Assembly (NCBI GenBank): GCA_017517035.1
Contig: JAFXAN010000122.1
Span: forward strand, 16,201 to 80,200
DNA length: 64,000 nt
Source: Clostridia bacterium
GTDB taxonomy: Bacteria > Bacillota > Clostridia > Oscillospirales > CAG-272
Direction: 5' to 3'
A model generated the notes under the pieces. That model was not told the origin of the DNA and made no database searches. It worked only from the letters and a program-made list of their open reading frames with translations. Shown here one piece after another: positions 1 through 8,237 of this stretch (position 1 is the first letter of the stretch; every line of letters begins with the position of its first letter). Both the position numbers and the translations under genes were made by a program.

Positions 1-94
1 TGATAGAGGGATTGGTAGTGACTCCTGCGAGAGGATAAAATTCGTTACAATGTTTAATTGCCGCAAGGTCTGCGGTATCAAGAATGTAAATCAT
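1..94 (-). CDS. transaldolase / fructose-6-phosphate aldolase family protein (first 31 codons only, gene leaves window)
   Basis: Reverse ATG at 94 with AAGGAGA (RC of 101-107) upstream. Translation is MIYILDTADLAAIKHCNEFYPLAGVTTNPSI, and the D-T-A ... GVTTNPS N-terminus is typical of short transaldolase/FSA enzymes. Confidence 0.6.
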   Translation of the reverse strand, partial: MIYILDTADLAAIKHCNEFYPLAGVTTNPSI

Positions 95-121
95 GATTAA
101 TCTCCTTATAAACAGGGATTT

Positions 122-1483
122 TTAGGGTTTAACAACTTCAAAAAATTCAATACCAAGGATCTCACAAAGATTCTTGATTTTTGCTCTGTTGTCCCCGTAG
201 GTAATGATATAGTGCTGGCATGCGATATGGTCAGCAAAGGTCTCTACATCGCCTATCTCTATCTCAAGCGCGGAAAGCTGAGGGGCGGGCTGATCCCAAC
301 CGCATTCCTCCCACTTGGGAGGATTTTTGCCGTCGCCGAGGATCACCTGCATCGTGTACTTGCCGTTTGCATAAACAAGGCGGCTCATAGTCACCACGCC
401 GGTCTTTACCTTTGAAACGTTCAAAATTCCCTGACTCAACATGCCAAATGCCGCGGGAAGAACGGTATAAGTATCGCCATCTACCATGTCCGCCGCAACA
501 AAGTCCGGAACGCCGGCAAGAACGCTGTTTTCGAAAAATTCATAGAATTCGAGATAGCCTGCGAGCTGACCTGTCAGTCTGTTCATTATAAGCTGGGTAA
601 CTGCGCCAAGAGAGTCGTTTTCGGGAACGGTGGTATATCCGTCCTCGGAAAGGAGCATAAAGATGGGGGCGGGCGGGAAGCCGCAAAGCTTCTTCATTCC
701 GTCAACGTCCTTGAGGGAGATAGCCTTGTAATTTCTTTCGTCAGCAATAGCCTTTACCGCAAGGTAGTAGCCTGACGCCTTCATCATAGCCTCGTCATTG
801 GCGGACTTGAGGAAGTTCCACTTGAGAATTCTGTTGTTGACGATATCTCGCTTTGCCGCCTCGTCAAGAGCCTCGTATCTTTGCTGTATCTCAAGCATTT
901 CAAAGGTCTCAATCTCAACGCCCGTCGTCTTTTTTAGTGAAATACCATCGTAAAGCGTACCGTAAAGGTTCATATCGCGGTAGCCAGCCATACCGACCTT
1001 GTCTGTGAGAAGCTGTTTTGCGGCAATAGCTGCCTTGCAGTAGTCGGCAACTACGTCGCTTCTAGTCTTTTTGCCGATTATATCGTATACATACTTGAAC
1101 TTGTAGCCAAGTCCTTCAAAGGTGGCACGAAGTCCAGTAGTGCCCGCCTGATCGGCGGTTGTAACGAGTCTGTCGTCCTCATACCAGCCGCAAAGACCCC
1201 AGAGTACCATCGGCAAATGACGGTAATGCTCGGTAACCTTAATAACGGCGTGAGTGGGTATCCAACCCGCAACGCAAACAACGAGTGCGTCAAAGCTTTC
1301 TTTTGATAAGGAAGCAACTGCGCCGTTTACCTGAGTTTCCTCGTAATCATCTGCGACGGGATATACGGAAACGAGATCAAGACCCTCTTCCTTCAATGCC
1401 TTTTCCGCTACAGTACATTTTCTGATGATGACATCAACGGGAGTGTTTACCTCGCCGAAGCCAACAAATCCTATTTTAGCCAT
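122..1483 (-). CDS. L-fucose/L-arabinose isomerase-family sugar isomerase (FucI-like, 453 aa)
   Basis: The ORF begins MAKIGFVGFGEVNTP. Its length and Rossmann-like N-terminus plus C-terminal domain resemble FucI/AraA-family proteins. It sits in an operon with a sugar kinase. Confidence 0.6.
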   Translation of the reverse strand: MAKIGFVGFGEVNTPVDVIIRKCTVAEKALKEEGLDLVSVYPVADDYEETQVNGAVASLSKESFDALVVCVAGWIPTHAVIKVTEHYRHLPMVLWGLCGWYEDDRLVTTADQAGTTGLRATFEGLGYKFKYVYDIIGKKTRSDVVADYCKAAIAAKQLLTDKVGMAGYRDMNLYGTLYDGISLKKTTGVEIETFEMLEIQQRYEALDEAAKRDIVNNRILKWNFLKSANDEAMMKASGYYLAVKAIADERNYKAISLKDVDGMKKLCGFPPAPIFMLLSEDGYTTVPENDSLGAVTQLIMNRLTGQLAGYLEFYEFFENSVLAGVPDFVAADMVDGDTYTVLPAAFGMLSQGILNVSKVKTGVVTMSRLVYANGKYTMQVILGDGKNPPKWEECGWDQPAPQLSALEIEIGDVETFADHIACQHYIITYGDNRAKIKNLCEILGIEFFEVVKP

Positions 1484-1505
1484 AAGTACACCTTTCTATT
1501 TCGTA

Positions 1506-2909
1506 TTATTGTGTAACGTTCAGAAGCTTGTCATAGCTTGTATATCTGTTGTAGCACTCACTGTAATCCACGCCGCAAGCTTCGTAAACTCTGTCAAGCT
1601 CTATCATTTTTGTCGCTTCCTCAACACTTACAAAGAAACCAATGCCAACTGCTGCCAAAATGGCAGAGCCGAGACAAGCGGTTTCCTTGTTTTTCAGGGT
1701 AACAAGTCGTTTGCCGGTCATATCCGCCTTCATCTGACACCACAGAGGGCTGTTAGCACCGCCACCCATAGCGCGAACCTCATCTACATCAAGACCGAGA
1801 TAGTCAAGATTGGATTTCAGCATACAGGCGACCGACTCCATAACGGCACGCACAAAATGACCTCGGTTATGCTCGGTGGTAAGTCCGGTAAAGCTTCCTC
1901 TTGCCGAAGGATTGTACTTCGGCATCGTAGAGCCGCACAGATAGGGAAGGAAGGTAACTCCGTCACTTCCCGCGGGTACTGCAGACGCAAGCTCATCAAG
2001 CTCCTTAAAGGAAAAATTCTCGCACAGCGCATTTCTGAACCATTTCAATGCCATACCTGCTGTTGGTGTCCAGGAAAGCAGACAATACTTATCGTCATAG
2101 TTGTAGTGGCAGGGAACGATGCTCTTTTCGTCGTATGCAGGTACCTTTTCCGCAGGCAAAAATATGACCATGGTCGTACCCGTCATAACACTTACGATCC
2201 CCTGCTTGACAACGCCCGCGCCGATAGCCCCTGCAATCTGGTCTATAGCGCCCGTTACTACCGAGATTCCGTCATATTCGCCCACTTTTTGTGCGCTTGA
2301 ATAGAGGGAGGGAAGCATGTCCTTTTCTATACCGATAAAGGAAAGCATCTCGTCCCACCAAGCGCCTTTGTGTATATCAAAGTAGATGGTGGAGGATTGA
2401 AGAGTTTTTTCCGAGATAAATTTACCCGTCATCTTGTAGAGTATCCAGTCCTCAAGCAAAAAGACCTTTTTCGTCTTTGCCCATATCTCAGGCTCGTGAC
2501 GCTTTACCCACAAAAGCTTGCAGGCAGGCCAGGTTGCCGTGATCTCGGGCTGCCCAGTGACCTCATATACCTTTTTGTGACCAAAATGCTCGGCAATTAT
2601 CTCGGCTTCCTCAACCGCTCTGTTGTCAAGCCAAACGATTGCGGGACGAACGGGCGTGCCGTTCTCGTCAGTAAGTATCAAAGTTTCGCATTGGGTGTCT
2701 ACCGCTAAAGCATCAATAGACATTTCTGCCTTGATCTTTTCGATCTCCCCCTTGACGATAGTCCAGTATTTTTCACCGTCAAATTCAACTGTGTCACCGT
2801 GTGAATCAAGCGTGTAATCAGCGGTAAGCGATATCTTCTGTTCAAGGGCCTCATTGAACGCCGCCGTCTTGACAGAAGTAGTACCAATATCGATTCCTAA
2901 AAAAATCAT
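1506..2909 (-). CDS. FGGY-family carbohydrate kinase (xylulokinase-like)
   Basis: N-terminus MIFLGIDIGTTSVKTA is the FGGY phosphate-1 motif. The 467-aa length fits, and GGGANSPLW lies near the C-terminus. Confidence 0.85.
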   Translation of the reverse strand: MIFLGIDIGTTSVKTAAFNEALEQKISLTADYTLDSHGDTVEFDGEKYWTIVKGEIEKIKAEMSIDALAVDTQCETLILTDENGTPVRPAIVWLDNRAVEEAEIIAEHFGHKKVYEVTGQPEITATWPACKLLWVKRHEPEIWAKTKKVFLLEDWILYKMTGKFISEKTLQSSTIYFDIHKGAWWDEMLSFIGIEKDMLPSLYSSAQKVGEYDGISVVTGAIDQIAGAIGAGVVKQGIVSVMTGTTMVIFLPAEKVPAYDEKSIVPCHYNYDDKYCLLSWTPTAGMALKWFRNALCENFSFKELDELASAVPAGSDGVTFLPYLCGSTMPKYNPSARGSFTGLTTEHNRGHFVRAVMESVACMLKSNLDYLGLDVDEVRAMGGGANSPLWCQMKADMTGKRLVTLKNKETACLGSAILAAVGIGFFVSVEEATKMIELDRVYEACGVDYSECYNRYTSYDKLLNVTQ

Positions 2910-2941
2910 AAAATAACCTTTGTGATAGCATCAAAGAATGA

Positions 2942-3562
2942 TTATCTTTGCTGCTGGAGTTCGTAGTGAACGTCGTAAGCCTTTTCCTCGTCGGTAAACT
3001 TGCGCTTGGTATCGATAACCTTACCGTCGTTCCACTTTCTGTCCTCTACGTCATCGGTAGTACCCATAACGGTTACGTTTACCTGTCTGCGACGAGCGAT
3101 AACGTGGTCCCAATCGATAAAGTAGACGTGCGCGAAAAGACCAAGGTCAAGCTTACCGTCCTTGATGGTGAGAGTTTCGCTTCTGCCAAAGAATACGGAG
3201 CGGAGGTGACCGTCGGTGTTCATACTGGAGTAGTCGCCGGGTTCGTTAACGTATCTGCCGTACTGCGCGTGGATCGGACCGGGATGACGGTACTGATGTT
3301 CCTCTGCAAAGTCGGGAATCATCTTTCTCATGATGTCAAGAAGGTCATGCTGAAGGAATTCGAGGTCGAAAGAGTCGATGTCGTGAGAGCACTCCTGTAC
3401 CATAACCGAGCAAGTGGTGTGGTGAGATACGATTGCAACAGTACCGTTCTTAACGCCTGAAGCTTCAACGATCTCTAAGATCTCTTTTCTTATATCGTGG
3501 AAAGTGGGGATCCAGCCTCGTGACTGAAGTTCAATTTCTTTTTGAAAAACTTTGAATTCCAT
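2942..3562 (-). CDS. YjbQ/UPF0047 family protein (secondary thiamine-phosphate synthase fold) with C-terminal extension
   Basis: Start moved to MEFKVFQKEIEL (ATG at 3562, RBS AAAGGAGA upstream). Motifs are IVSHHTTCSV and HLRSVFFGRSETLTIKDGKLDLGLF. Confidence 0.7.
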   Translation of the reverse strand: MEFKVFQKEIELQSRGWIPTFHDIRKEILEIVEASGVKNGTVAIVSHHTTCSVMVQECSHDIDSFDLEFLQHDLLDIMRKMIPDFAEEHQYRHPGPIHAQYGRYVNEPGDYSSMNTDGHLRSVFFGRSETLTIKDGKLDLGLFAHVYFIDWDHVIARRRQVNVTVMGTTDDVEDRKWNDGKVIDTKRKFTDEEKAYDVHYELQQQR

Positions 3563-3689
3563 AGTTAAATTCTCCTTTAAAATAAACTTTTTTCTTAATA
3601 AATTGTTCCTGGCGCGCATAGCAATATTGCTATACAAAGTACGACCTTTGGGAAGCATTTTTTGAAAGCGATAAGGACGCTTATGTGCC

Positions 3690-4283
3690 TTACATGTTAA
3701 GACGCTCGCCTACGGCTCCGCCTGGGTGGATAAGTGCAAACTGCTCGTTCTTATAGTCGGTCTCCTCAATCAAGGCGGTTTGCAGTGCGTGGAAGATCAT
3801 GCAAAGGGCGGTCGAGGAGGTAGTGCTCTGTGAATTATACTTATCTGTTTCGCGGTTGACGTACTGCTTTAGCACCACGTCAGCACCCGTTGAAAGAGGC
3901 GATTCGAGATTTTCGGTGACGGTAATGATCTTTATGCCCTTTTTTTGGCAGATGGCGAGAATGGGCAAAAGCTCCTTTGTTTTACCACCGCGTGAGGCAA
4001 ATACCATAACGTCGCCCTTCTGCAAAAAACCCATACCACCGTGTACCGCTTCTGCGGGGGAAACAAATCTTGCGGGTTGCTCAATGCAGCACATAAGATG
4101 TGCAAAATGTTGGCAGATAATGCCCGAATGTCCGCAGCCACAAGCTCCGATGCGGGGCGCAGCCTTTAAAAGCTCTACTGCTTTTCCGAATGCCTCGTCA
4201 TCAAAATAATCAAGCATTGACTTGATGCATTCGTATTCGATCTCATATGCCGCGCGTGCGGCGTTAAGGCTTTCTTTTTTCAT
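3690..4283 (-). CDS. SIS-domain sugar-phosphate isomerase (PHI/KpsF-like)
   Basis: Start taken at MKKESL (ATG at 4283). The run GACGCGHSGIICQHFAHLM ... FASRGGKTKE ... ITVTEN is a SIS-domain pattern. Confidence 0.7.
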   Translation of the reverse strand: MKKESLNAARAAYEIEYECIKSMLDYFDDEAFGKAVELLKAAPRIGACGCGHSGIICQHFAHLMCCIEQPARFVSPAEAVHGGMGFLQKGDVMVFASRGGKTKELLPILAICQKKGIKIITVTENLESPLSTGADVVLKQYVNRETDKYNSQSTTSSTALCMIFHALQTALIEETDYKNEQFALIHPGGAVGERLNM

Positions 4284-4291
4284 GTCACACC

Positions 4292-4993
4292 TCAAATGTG
4301 AAGCTCGTCCCACGCTTTGCGAAGGTTATAAAGCATTTCCTCAACCATGGCGTAGGGATCGGCAGCCTTCAGAATACCGCTTGTAGATCCGGTAGCCTGT
4401 GCGCCGAGTTTAATGGTGTTGTAAACGTCTTGACCGTTAGAGATGCCCGCACCCTGAAGTACCATAATGTCGGGATTTATCTCATGTACGGTCTTAATGG
4501 TCTCGATTACGTAGTTTGAATCACTTGTCGTGCCTGTGCCGATAAGCTCGGTAGGCTCTGCAACGATCATATTAGGTGCCATATGCGCAATTCTCTTTAC
4601 ATCCTCAACCGTATCTGCGCAAACGATGGTTGCAAGACCTACCTCGTCCGCACGGCGGATGGTCTTTTCCAATGTATCCATATCCAAGGGCTTTTCCGCG
4701 TGGTTCAGCATAACGCCCTTTGCACCTGCCGCTTTAACAGCCTCTGGCAGTACGCTTCCCAGACCGCGACCTGGAACCAAAGCATCCATATGCTGCGCAA
4801 ACACCAAAATTCTTTCGGTATTGTCTGCAAGCAGCTTGATGTCGGTGTATTGGGGGGTAACAATGACGTCAACATCATACTTCATTGCGGTTTTGTCGAT
4901 AACTTTGGCAAGAGCAAGCATTGCGTCTCCCCAAATTATTGCTTTTGGCCCCACCTCAAAGAATGGTGGCTTGATGTCAAAATTTTTTACCAT
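4292..4993 (-). CDS. triosephosphate-isomerase-family protein (archaeal-type short TIM paralogue)
   Basis: Motifs LNHAEKP, AEPTELIGTG and QGAGIS correspond to the NHSEK / EPPELIGTG / GAGIS blocks of short TIMs. RBS AGGAG lies 8 nt upstream of the start. Confidence 0.7.
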   Translation of the reverse strand: MVKNFDIKPPFFEVGPKAIIWGDAMLALAKVIDKTAMKYDVDVIVTPQYTDIKLLADNTERILVFAQHMDALVPGRGLGSVLPEAVKAAGAKGVMLNHAEKPLDMDTLEKTIRRADEVGLATIVCADTVEDVKRIAHMAPNMIVAEPTELIGTGTTSDSNYVIETIKTVHEINPDIMVLQGAGISNGQDVYNTIKLGAQATGSTSGILKAADPYAMVEEMLYNLRKAWDELHI

Positions 4994-5031
4994 TGTTTAA
5001 CTCCTAACATCCTACAAATTTATACAGGCCT

Positions 5032-5060
5032 ATTGTATCATGGAGGGGGGGAGCTGTCAA
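5032..5060 (-). promoter_or_regulatory. sigma-A type promoter of the sugar operon: TTGACA-17-TACAAT (extended TG)
   Basis: RC of 5032-5060 reads TTGACAGCTCCCCCCCTCCATGATACAAT. It lies about 35 nt upstream of the ATG at 4993. The spacer contains a C7 run. Confidence 0.45.
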
Positions 5061-5118
5061 GAAAAACTTTCTATATTCTTTCGTTTTTTTAAAATGCATA
5101 GCCAAAACGAAGAAAATA

Positions 5119-5147
5119 TTGACAAAACCGAAAGAAAATGCTATAAT
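5119..5147 (+). promoter_or_regulatory. sigma-A type promoter of the DeoR gene: TTGACA-17-TATAAT with TGn
   Basis: Reads TTGACAAAACCGAAAGAAAATGCTATAAT, about 25 nt upstream of the ATG at 5173. Confidence 0.5.
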
Positions 5148-5172
5148 TAAGAAAAAAGCAAAGGGAGAAGAT

Positions 5173-5994
5173 ATGAAGACCACCGAGCAGAGAAAACAAA
5201 AAATTCTTGAGTTGTTGAAGGAAAACGATTCCGTGCGTGTCAGCAGTCTTTCGCGCCGTTTTGGTGTTAGCGAGGTAACCATCCGCAGTTATCTTGAGGA
5301 TCTTGAGAAAAAAGGGCTTCTTTCCCGTATACACGGCGGTGCGATCAGTACCTATAAACCCTATTACACCATGAGTCTTAATCAAAGACTTGAGACGAAT
5401 CAACAGGCAAAGGTGGAGATCGCCGAGTGCGTGGCAGAGCTGATCCAACCAAACGATACGGTTATGTTGAACGCGGGCACAACAACCCTGCTGGTTTTTC
5501 GCCGCTTTCCTGCTGAATATAACCTGAGCATTGTCACCAATTCCATTTCTATTGCGCTCGAGGCATCGGGCAATCCAAATTATAACGTAATTTTGGTGGG
5601 CGGAGAGGTGAATACAAAATATCAGTTTACTTACGGCAGCGATGCTGTTGAGCAGCTGGAAAAATACCGCGCAGATAAACTTATTCTTTCGGTGGACGGT
5701 ATTGATATACAGCAGGGATTATCCACCTATTATGATAAAGAGGTAGCGGTTGCCGCTACAATGATACAGCAGTCTAATTGCTGTATCGTGGCTGCAGACC
5801 ATTCAAAATTCGGACACAGTGCCTTTGCAAAAATCAGTGATCTTTCGACCGCGGACTATATCGTTACTAACGGTCAGGTGAATCAGGATATTGCCAAAAG
5901 GCTGAATGCCAAGGGGGTAACGCTTTTGATGAATCCCAATGAACAAGCCCTTTGCGTGGATGAGCTTTTTTCATTGGATCATCAACAAGATTGA
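5173..5994 (+). CDS. DeoR-family transcriptional regulator
   Basis: Start at MKTTEQRKQKILELL (RBS AAGGGAGAAG). It has an N-terminal wHTH (VRVSSLSRRFGVSEVTIRSYLEDLEKKGLL) and a C-terminal DeoR sugar-binding domain. It is divergent from the sugar operon. Confidence 0.85.
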   Translation: MKTTEQRKQKILELLKENDSVRVSSLSRRFGVSEVTIRSYLEDLEKKGLLSRIHGGAISTYKPYYTMSLNQRLETNQQAKVEIAECVAELIQPNDTVMLNAGTTTLLVFRRFPAEYNLSIVTNSISIALEASGNPNYNVILVGGEVNTKYQFTYGSDAVEQLEKYRADKLILSVDGIDIQQGLSTYYDKEVAVAATMIQQSNCCIVAADHSKFGHSAFAKISDLSTADYIVTNGQVNQDIAKRLNAKGVTLLMNPNEQALCVDELFSLDHQQD

Positions 5995-6075
5995 TGATTC
6001 GCCCGATTAAAAACAATGAAAATCACACGGTTTTTAATTGAGTGGTGACCATTTTCTTGATCTCCCCATACCACT

Positions 6076-6113
6076 GACAAAGGATTCAGGACCACGGTTC
6101 TGAGTCCTTTGTC
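6076..6113. terminator. hairpin terminator between deoR and the islet
   Basis: GACAAAGGATTCAGG...CTGAGTCCTTTGTC forms a 14-bp stem with one G-U pair. Confidence 0.45.
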
Positions 6114-6118
6114 GTGCT

Positions 6119-6541
6119 TTACATGATATTCGAATATGGTATAATATAGGTGTAAAAAAGAATATGGAGGAACCGCCTATGCTTACGGAAAAAAGTAGAA
6201 AGCAAAACAAACCGGGAATGGTAATATTGGAGGAACTTGTGCTTATTTATCCATTCTTTCGATGCGGCGCAAGTCTTGTCCATAAAAATCGTGAATGTCA
6301 TTTTTAGTGCTCTGTCGGCACTCAATTTTTCTGCAATAAAATCGGACAATTCAACCGAGCCGCCAAATCTGTCATAATGTAACAGTCCTAAAAATATATA
6401 ACCGATCTCTTCGGGTGTGCAATCATCAACAAGAGTTTTGAACCACTCATAATAGCATAGCCTCCCTTTCTTCTCTTTGAATTTCTTTCTTTTCTTGGGT
6501 GTGAGTTTGGAATAGTAGTCGTTAAGTACAATGTTTTTCAT
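6119..6541 (-). CDS. hypothetical small protein, probably a truncated mobile-element gene
   Basis: The first ~90 codons look protein-like (YYEWFKTLVDDCTPEEIGYIFLGLLHYDRFGG). The last ~45 codons are a low-complexity read-through that ends at the terminator. Confidence 0.4.
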   Translation of the reverse strand: MKNIVLNDYYSKLTPKKRKKFKEKKGRLCYYEWFKTLVDDCTPEEIGYIFLGLLHYDRFGGSVELSDFIAEKLSADRALKMTFTIFMDKTCAASKEWINKHKFLQYYHSRFVLLSTFFRKHRRFLHILFYTYIIPYSNIM

Positions 6542-6647
6542 TTGCTTTTTTCCTTTCTTTTTGTCATTTTTCTTCTATTATGAAAGAAAATTTTTCGAAA
6601 AACTGTTTTTGAATAAGAAAAAATGACAAAAAACTAAAAATTACATA

Positions 6648-6676
6648 TTGACAACTACGATATTATCGTATATCAT
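6648..6676 (+). promoter_or_regulatory. promoter TTGACA-17-TATCAT for the XRE gene
   Basis: Reads TTGACAACTACGATATTATCGTATATCAT. The palindromes CGATATTATCG and AAAACATTT-AG-AAATGTTTT (6690-6711) lie between it and the ATG. Confidence 0.4.
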
Positions 6677-6730
6677 GTTTGATGAGTTGAAAACATTTAG
6701 AAAATGTTTTTTAGTTGTGAAGGGTAAAAT

Positions 6731-7078
6731 ATGTCAGAGTTGCGTTTTGAATCATCTCTTACAATGGAAGAGATAGAAGAAAATTTTAAGGATGTTGATT
6801 TTTTCAGCGGAATAATGGAAGGTCTTGAGGAAGCCTTGGCATATAATCGAGGAAAGGCTGTAAGAGATACACTTGCAAGAAAAAGATCTTTGCCTAATGT
6901 CAATGTTGTTGAAATAAGAACAATGCTGAAAATGACACAGAAATCATTCGCAGAGCTTCTTGGCGTTTCCTGCCGAACTGTTGAAGCTTGGGAAAGCGGA
7001 AAAAGTACTCCTACGCCAACGGTTAAAAAGTTGATGTTTCTCATTCGTGAAGATATGTCATTGGTAAATAAACTTTGA
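6731..7078 (+). CDS. XRE-family HTH protein, HigA2/antitoxin-like
   Basis: The C-terminal half EIRTMLKMTQKSFAELLGVSCRTVEAWESGKSTPTPTVKKLM is a canonical XRE HTH. The N-terminal FSGIMEGLEEALAY matches the HigA2-type layout. Confidence 0.7.
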   Translation: MSELRFESSLTMEEIEENFKDVDFFSGIMEGLEEALAYNRGKAVRDTLARKRSLPNVNVVEIRTMLKMTQKSFAELLGVSCRTVEAWESGKSTPTPTVKKLMFLIREDMSLVNKL

Positions 7079-7094
7079 AACTAAATAATTAACT

Positions 7095-7140
7095 CGGTAG
7101 TCTATGTGAAAGTATAGATTATCGGGTACTTTTTCTTTTT
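7095..7140 (+). terminator. rho-independent terminator
   Basis: CGGTAGTCTAT / ATAGATTATCG forms an 11-bp stem with two G-U pairs, followed by TTTTTCTTTTTT. Confidence 0.5.
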
Positions 7141-7380
7141 TCATTTTCTGTCATACTAATAGTAGTGAAAGATACAAACAGCTTGGAGTTTGACGACAGA
7201 CCTTCTCTGGGCTAATCTTTTGCTTTTAACTTTTTTCTTTCATTGTTTTTGTTTTAGTCTCCATTTCATCGAAACTTACGGAAAAAAGGTCTGAACGTTT
7301 TCTCCTATTCTCGCCGATCACCACCTCCTCAAAAAATTGGTGATCGGCTACCCTGTGGGAGAAAAAGAAAGGAAAACAGA

Positions 7381-7665
7381 ATGAGAAGAACTATAAACGG
7401 AAAGGTTTACGATACACAGAAATCAGAACTGTGCTATTTCAGCGATATATCATCATCTTTTAGCGGTCAATGTGTTTATATGGTAGAGTCAATATGGAAA
7501 ACACGAGAAGGTGACTATTTCCTGTGCTTTGATTGCGAACCTAAATGGAATCTTTTTGATTCAAAAACACGAAAGGCATTAAAGAAAAGCTGTCATAACA
7601 TTACGCCATTGGCAGAATATGAAGTCGATGCTTGGCTTGATGCGCAAGATAATATCTATTTATAG
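7381..7665 (+). CDS. hypothetical protein (94 aa)
   Basis: ORF with a purine-rich RBS (GAAAGGAAAACAGA) and its own terminator. No motif recognised. Confidence 0.45.
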   Translation: MRRTINGKVYDTQKSELCYFSDISSSFSGQCVYMVESIWKTREGDYFLCFDCEPKWNLFDSKTRKALKKSCHNITPLAEYEVDAWLDAQDNIYL

Positions 7666-7705
7666 GATAGCCACCTTAGGCTTAAATAGATCCCACAATA
7701 GGGAC

Positions 7706-7739
7706 GGGCAACTTTGCATTTTGCAGGGTTGCCTTTTTG
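7706..7739 (+). terminator. rho-independent terminator
   Basis: GGCAAC...GTTGCC stem followed by TTTTT. Confidence 0.5.
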
Positions 7740-7826
7740 TGTTTCCCACTTTCTTACATACTAAAATCAGAAGCTAAACACAACAGGAGATTGCGTTTAG
7801 CTAATTTTATTTTTGGAGGAAAGAAA

Positions 7827-8237
7827 ATGAAACAACAAATCAAAATTGAAATTGCGAGAGACGGTAATTCAGAGGGCGTATTTTTGACTCTGCCCACAAA
7901 CCAAAAGGACTTTGATCGACTCACAAGAGGGCTTGAATTACGTGCCAAAGAGTTTAAAATCGTTAGCACTTGTTGCAACAACTTTTCGCTGCATCAATGC
8001 TTGATGAAAACAAAAAACTTGTCTAAAATCAATTATTTGGGATCGATTTTTGAAAAGTTTACGCAGTCGCAAAGAGTTCTGTTTGGCTCGATATCCGATA
8101 TGTATCTATGTCATTCACTTTCAATCGACGATTTCATCAACCTTGCTCGCAATATCGAGAAAAACACCTCGACGTATGACCTTTTTACAATCGAGATCCC
8201 GCCTGAGCTTAAGCTGCGTATTAGGAGTACAAAATGA
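7827..8237 (+). CDS. hypothetical protein (136 aa)
   Basis: Start moved to MKQQIKIEIARDG, with GGAGG 7 nt upstream. There is a weak layout resemblance to the ArdA N-terminus, which I could not verify. Confidence 0.5.
   Translation: MKQQIKIEIARDGNSEGVFLTLPTNQKDFDRLTRGLELRAKEFKIVSTCCNNFSLHQCLMKTKNLSKINYLGSIFEKFTQSQRVLFGSISDMYLCHSLSIDDFINLARNIEKNTSTYDLFTIEIPPELKLRIRSTK

Noticed and set aside
4292-4993. Idea that the TIM paralogue has lost its catalytic histidine.
   Set aside because: On re-alignment, the His of the NH(S/A)EK block, the Glu of the EP.ELIGTG block and an N-terminal Lys are all present. My first alignment used the wrong histidine.
6063-6084. Imperfect direct repeat at the two edges of the islet (TCCCCATACCACTGACAAAGGA versus TTCCCATTGAACCATACTCAAAAAGGA at 8716-8742) as att-like sites.
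   Set aside because: The match needs gaps and several mismatches, both copies merely precede terminator hairpins, and there is no integrase. The similarity may be chance in AT-rich DNA.
6179-6307. Type I toxin interpretation of the 42-codon plus-strand ORF.
   Set aside because: The peptide is not a clean hydrophobic helix: it has a charged N-terminus, an EE pair in the middle and a basic Cys/His-containing tail. It is kept only as a possible micro-ORF or antisense transcript.
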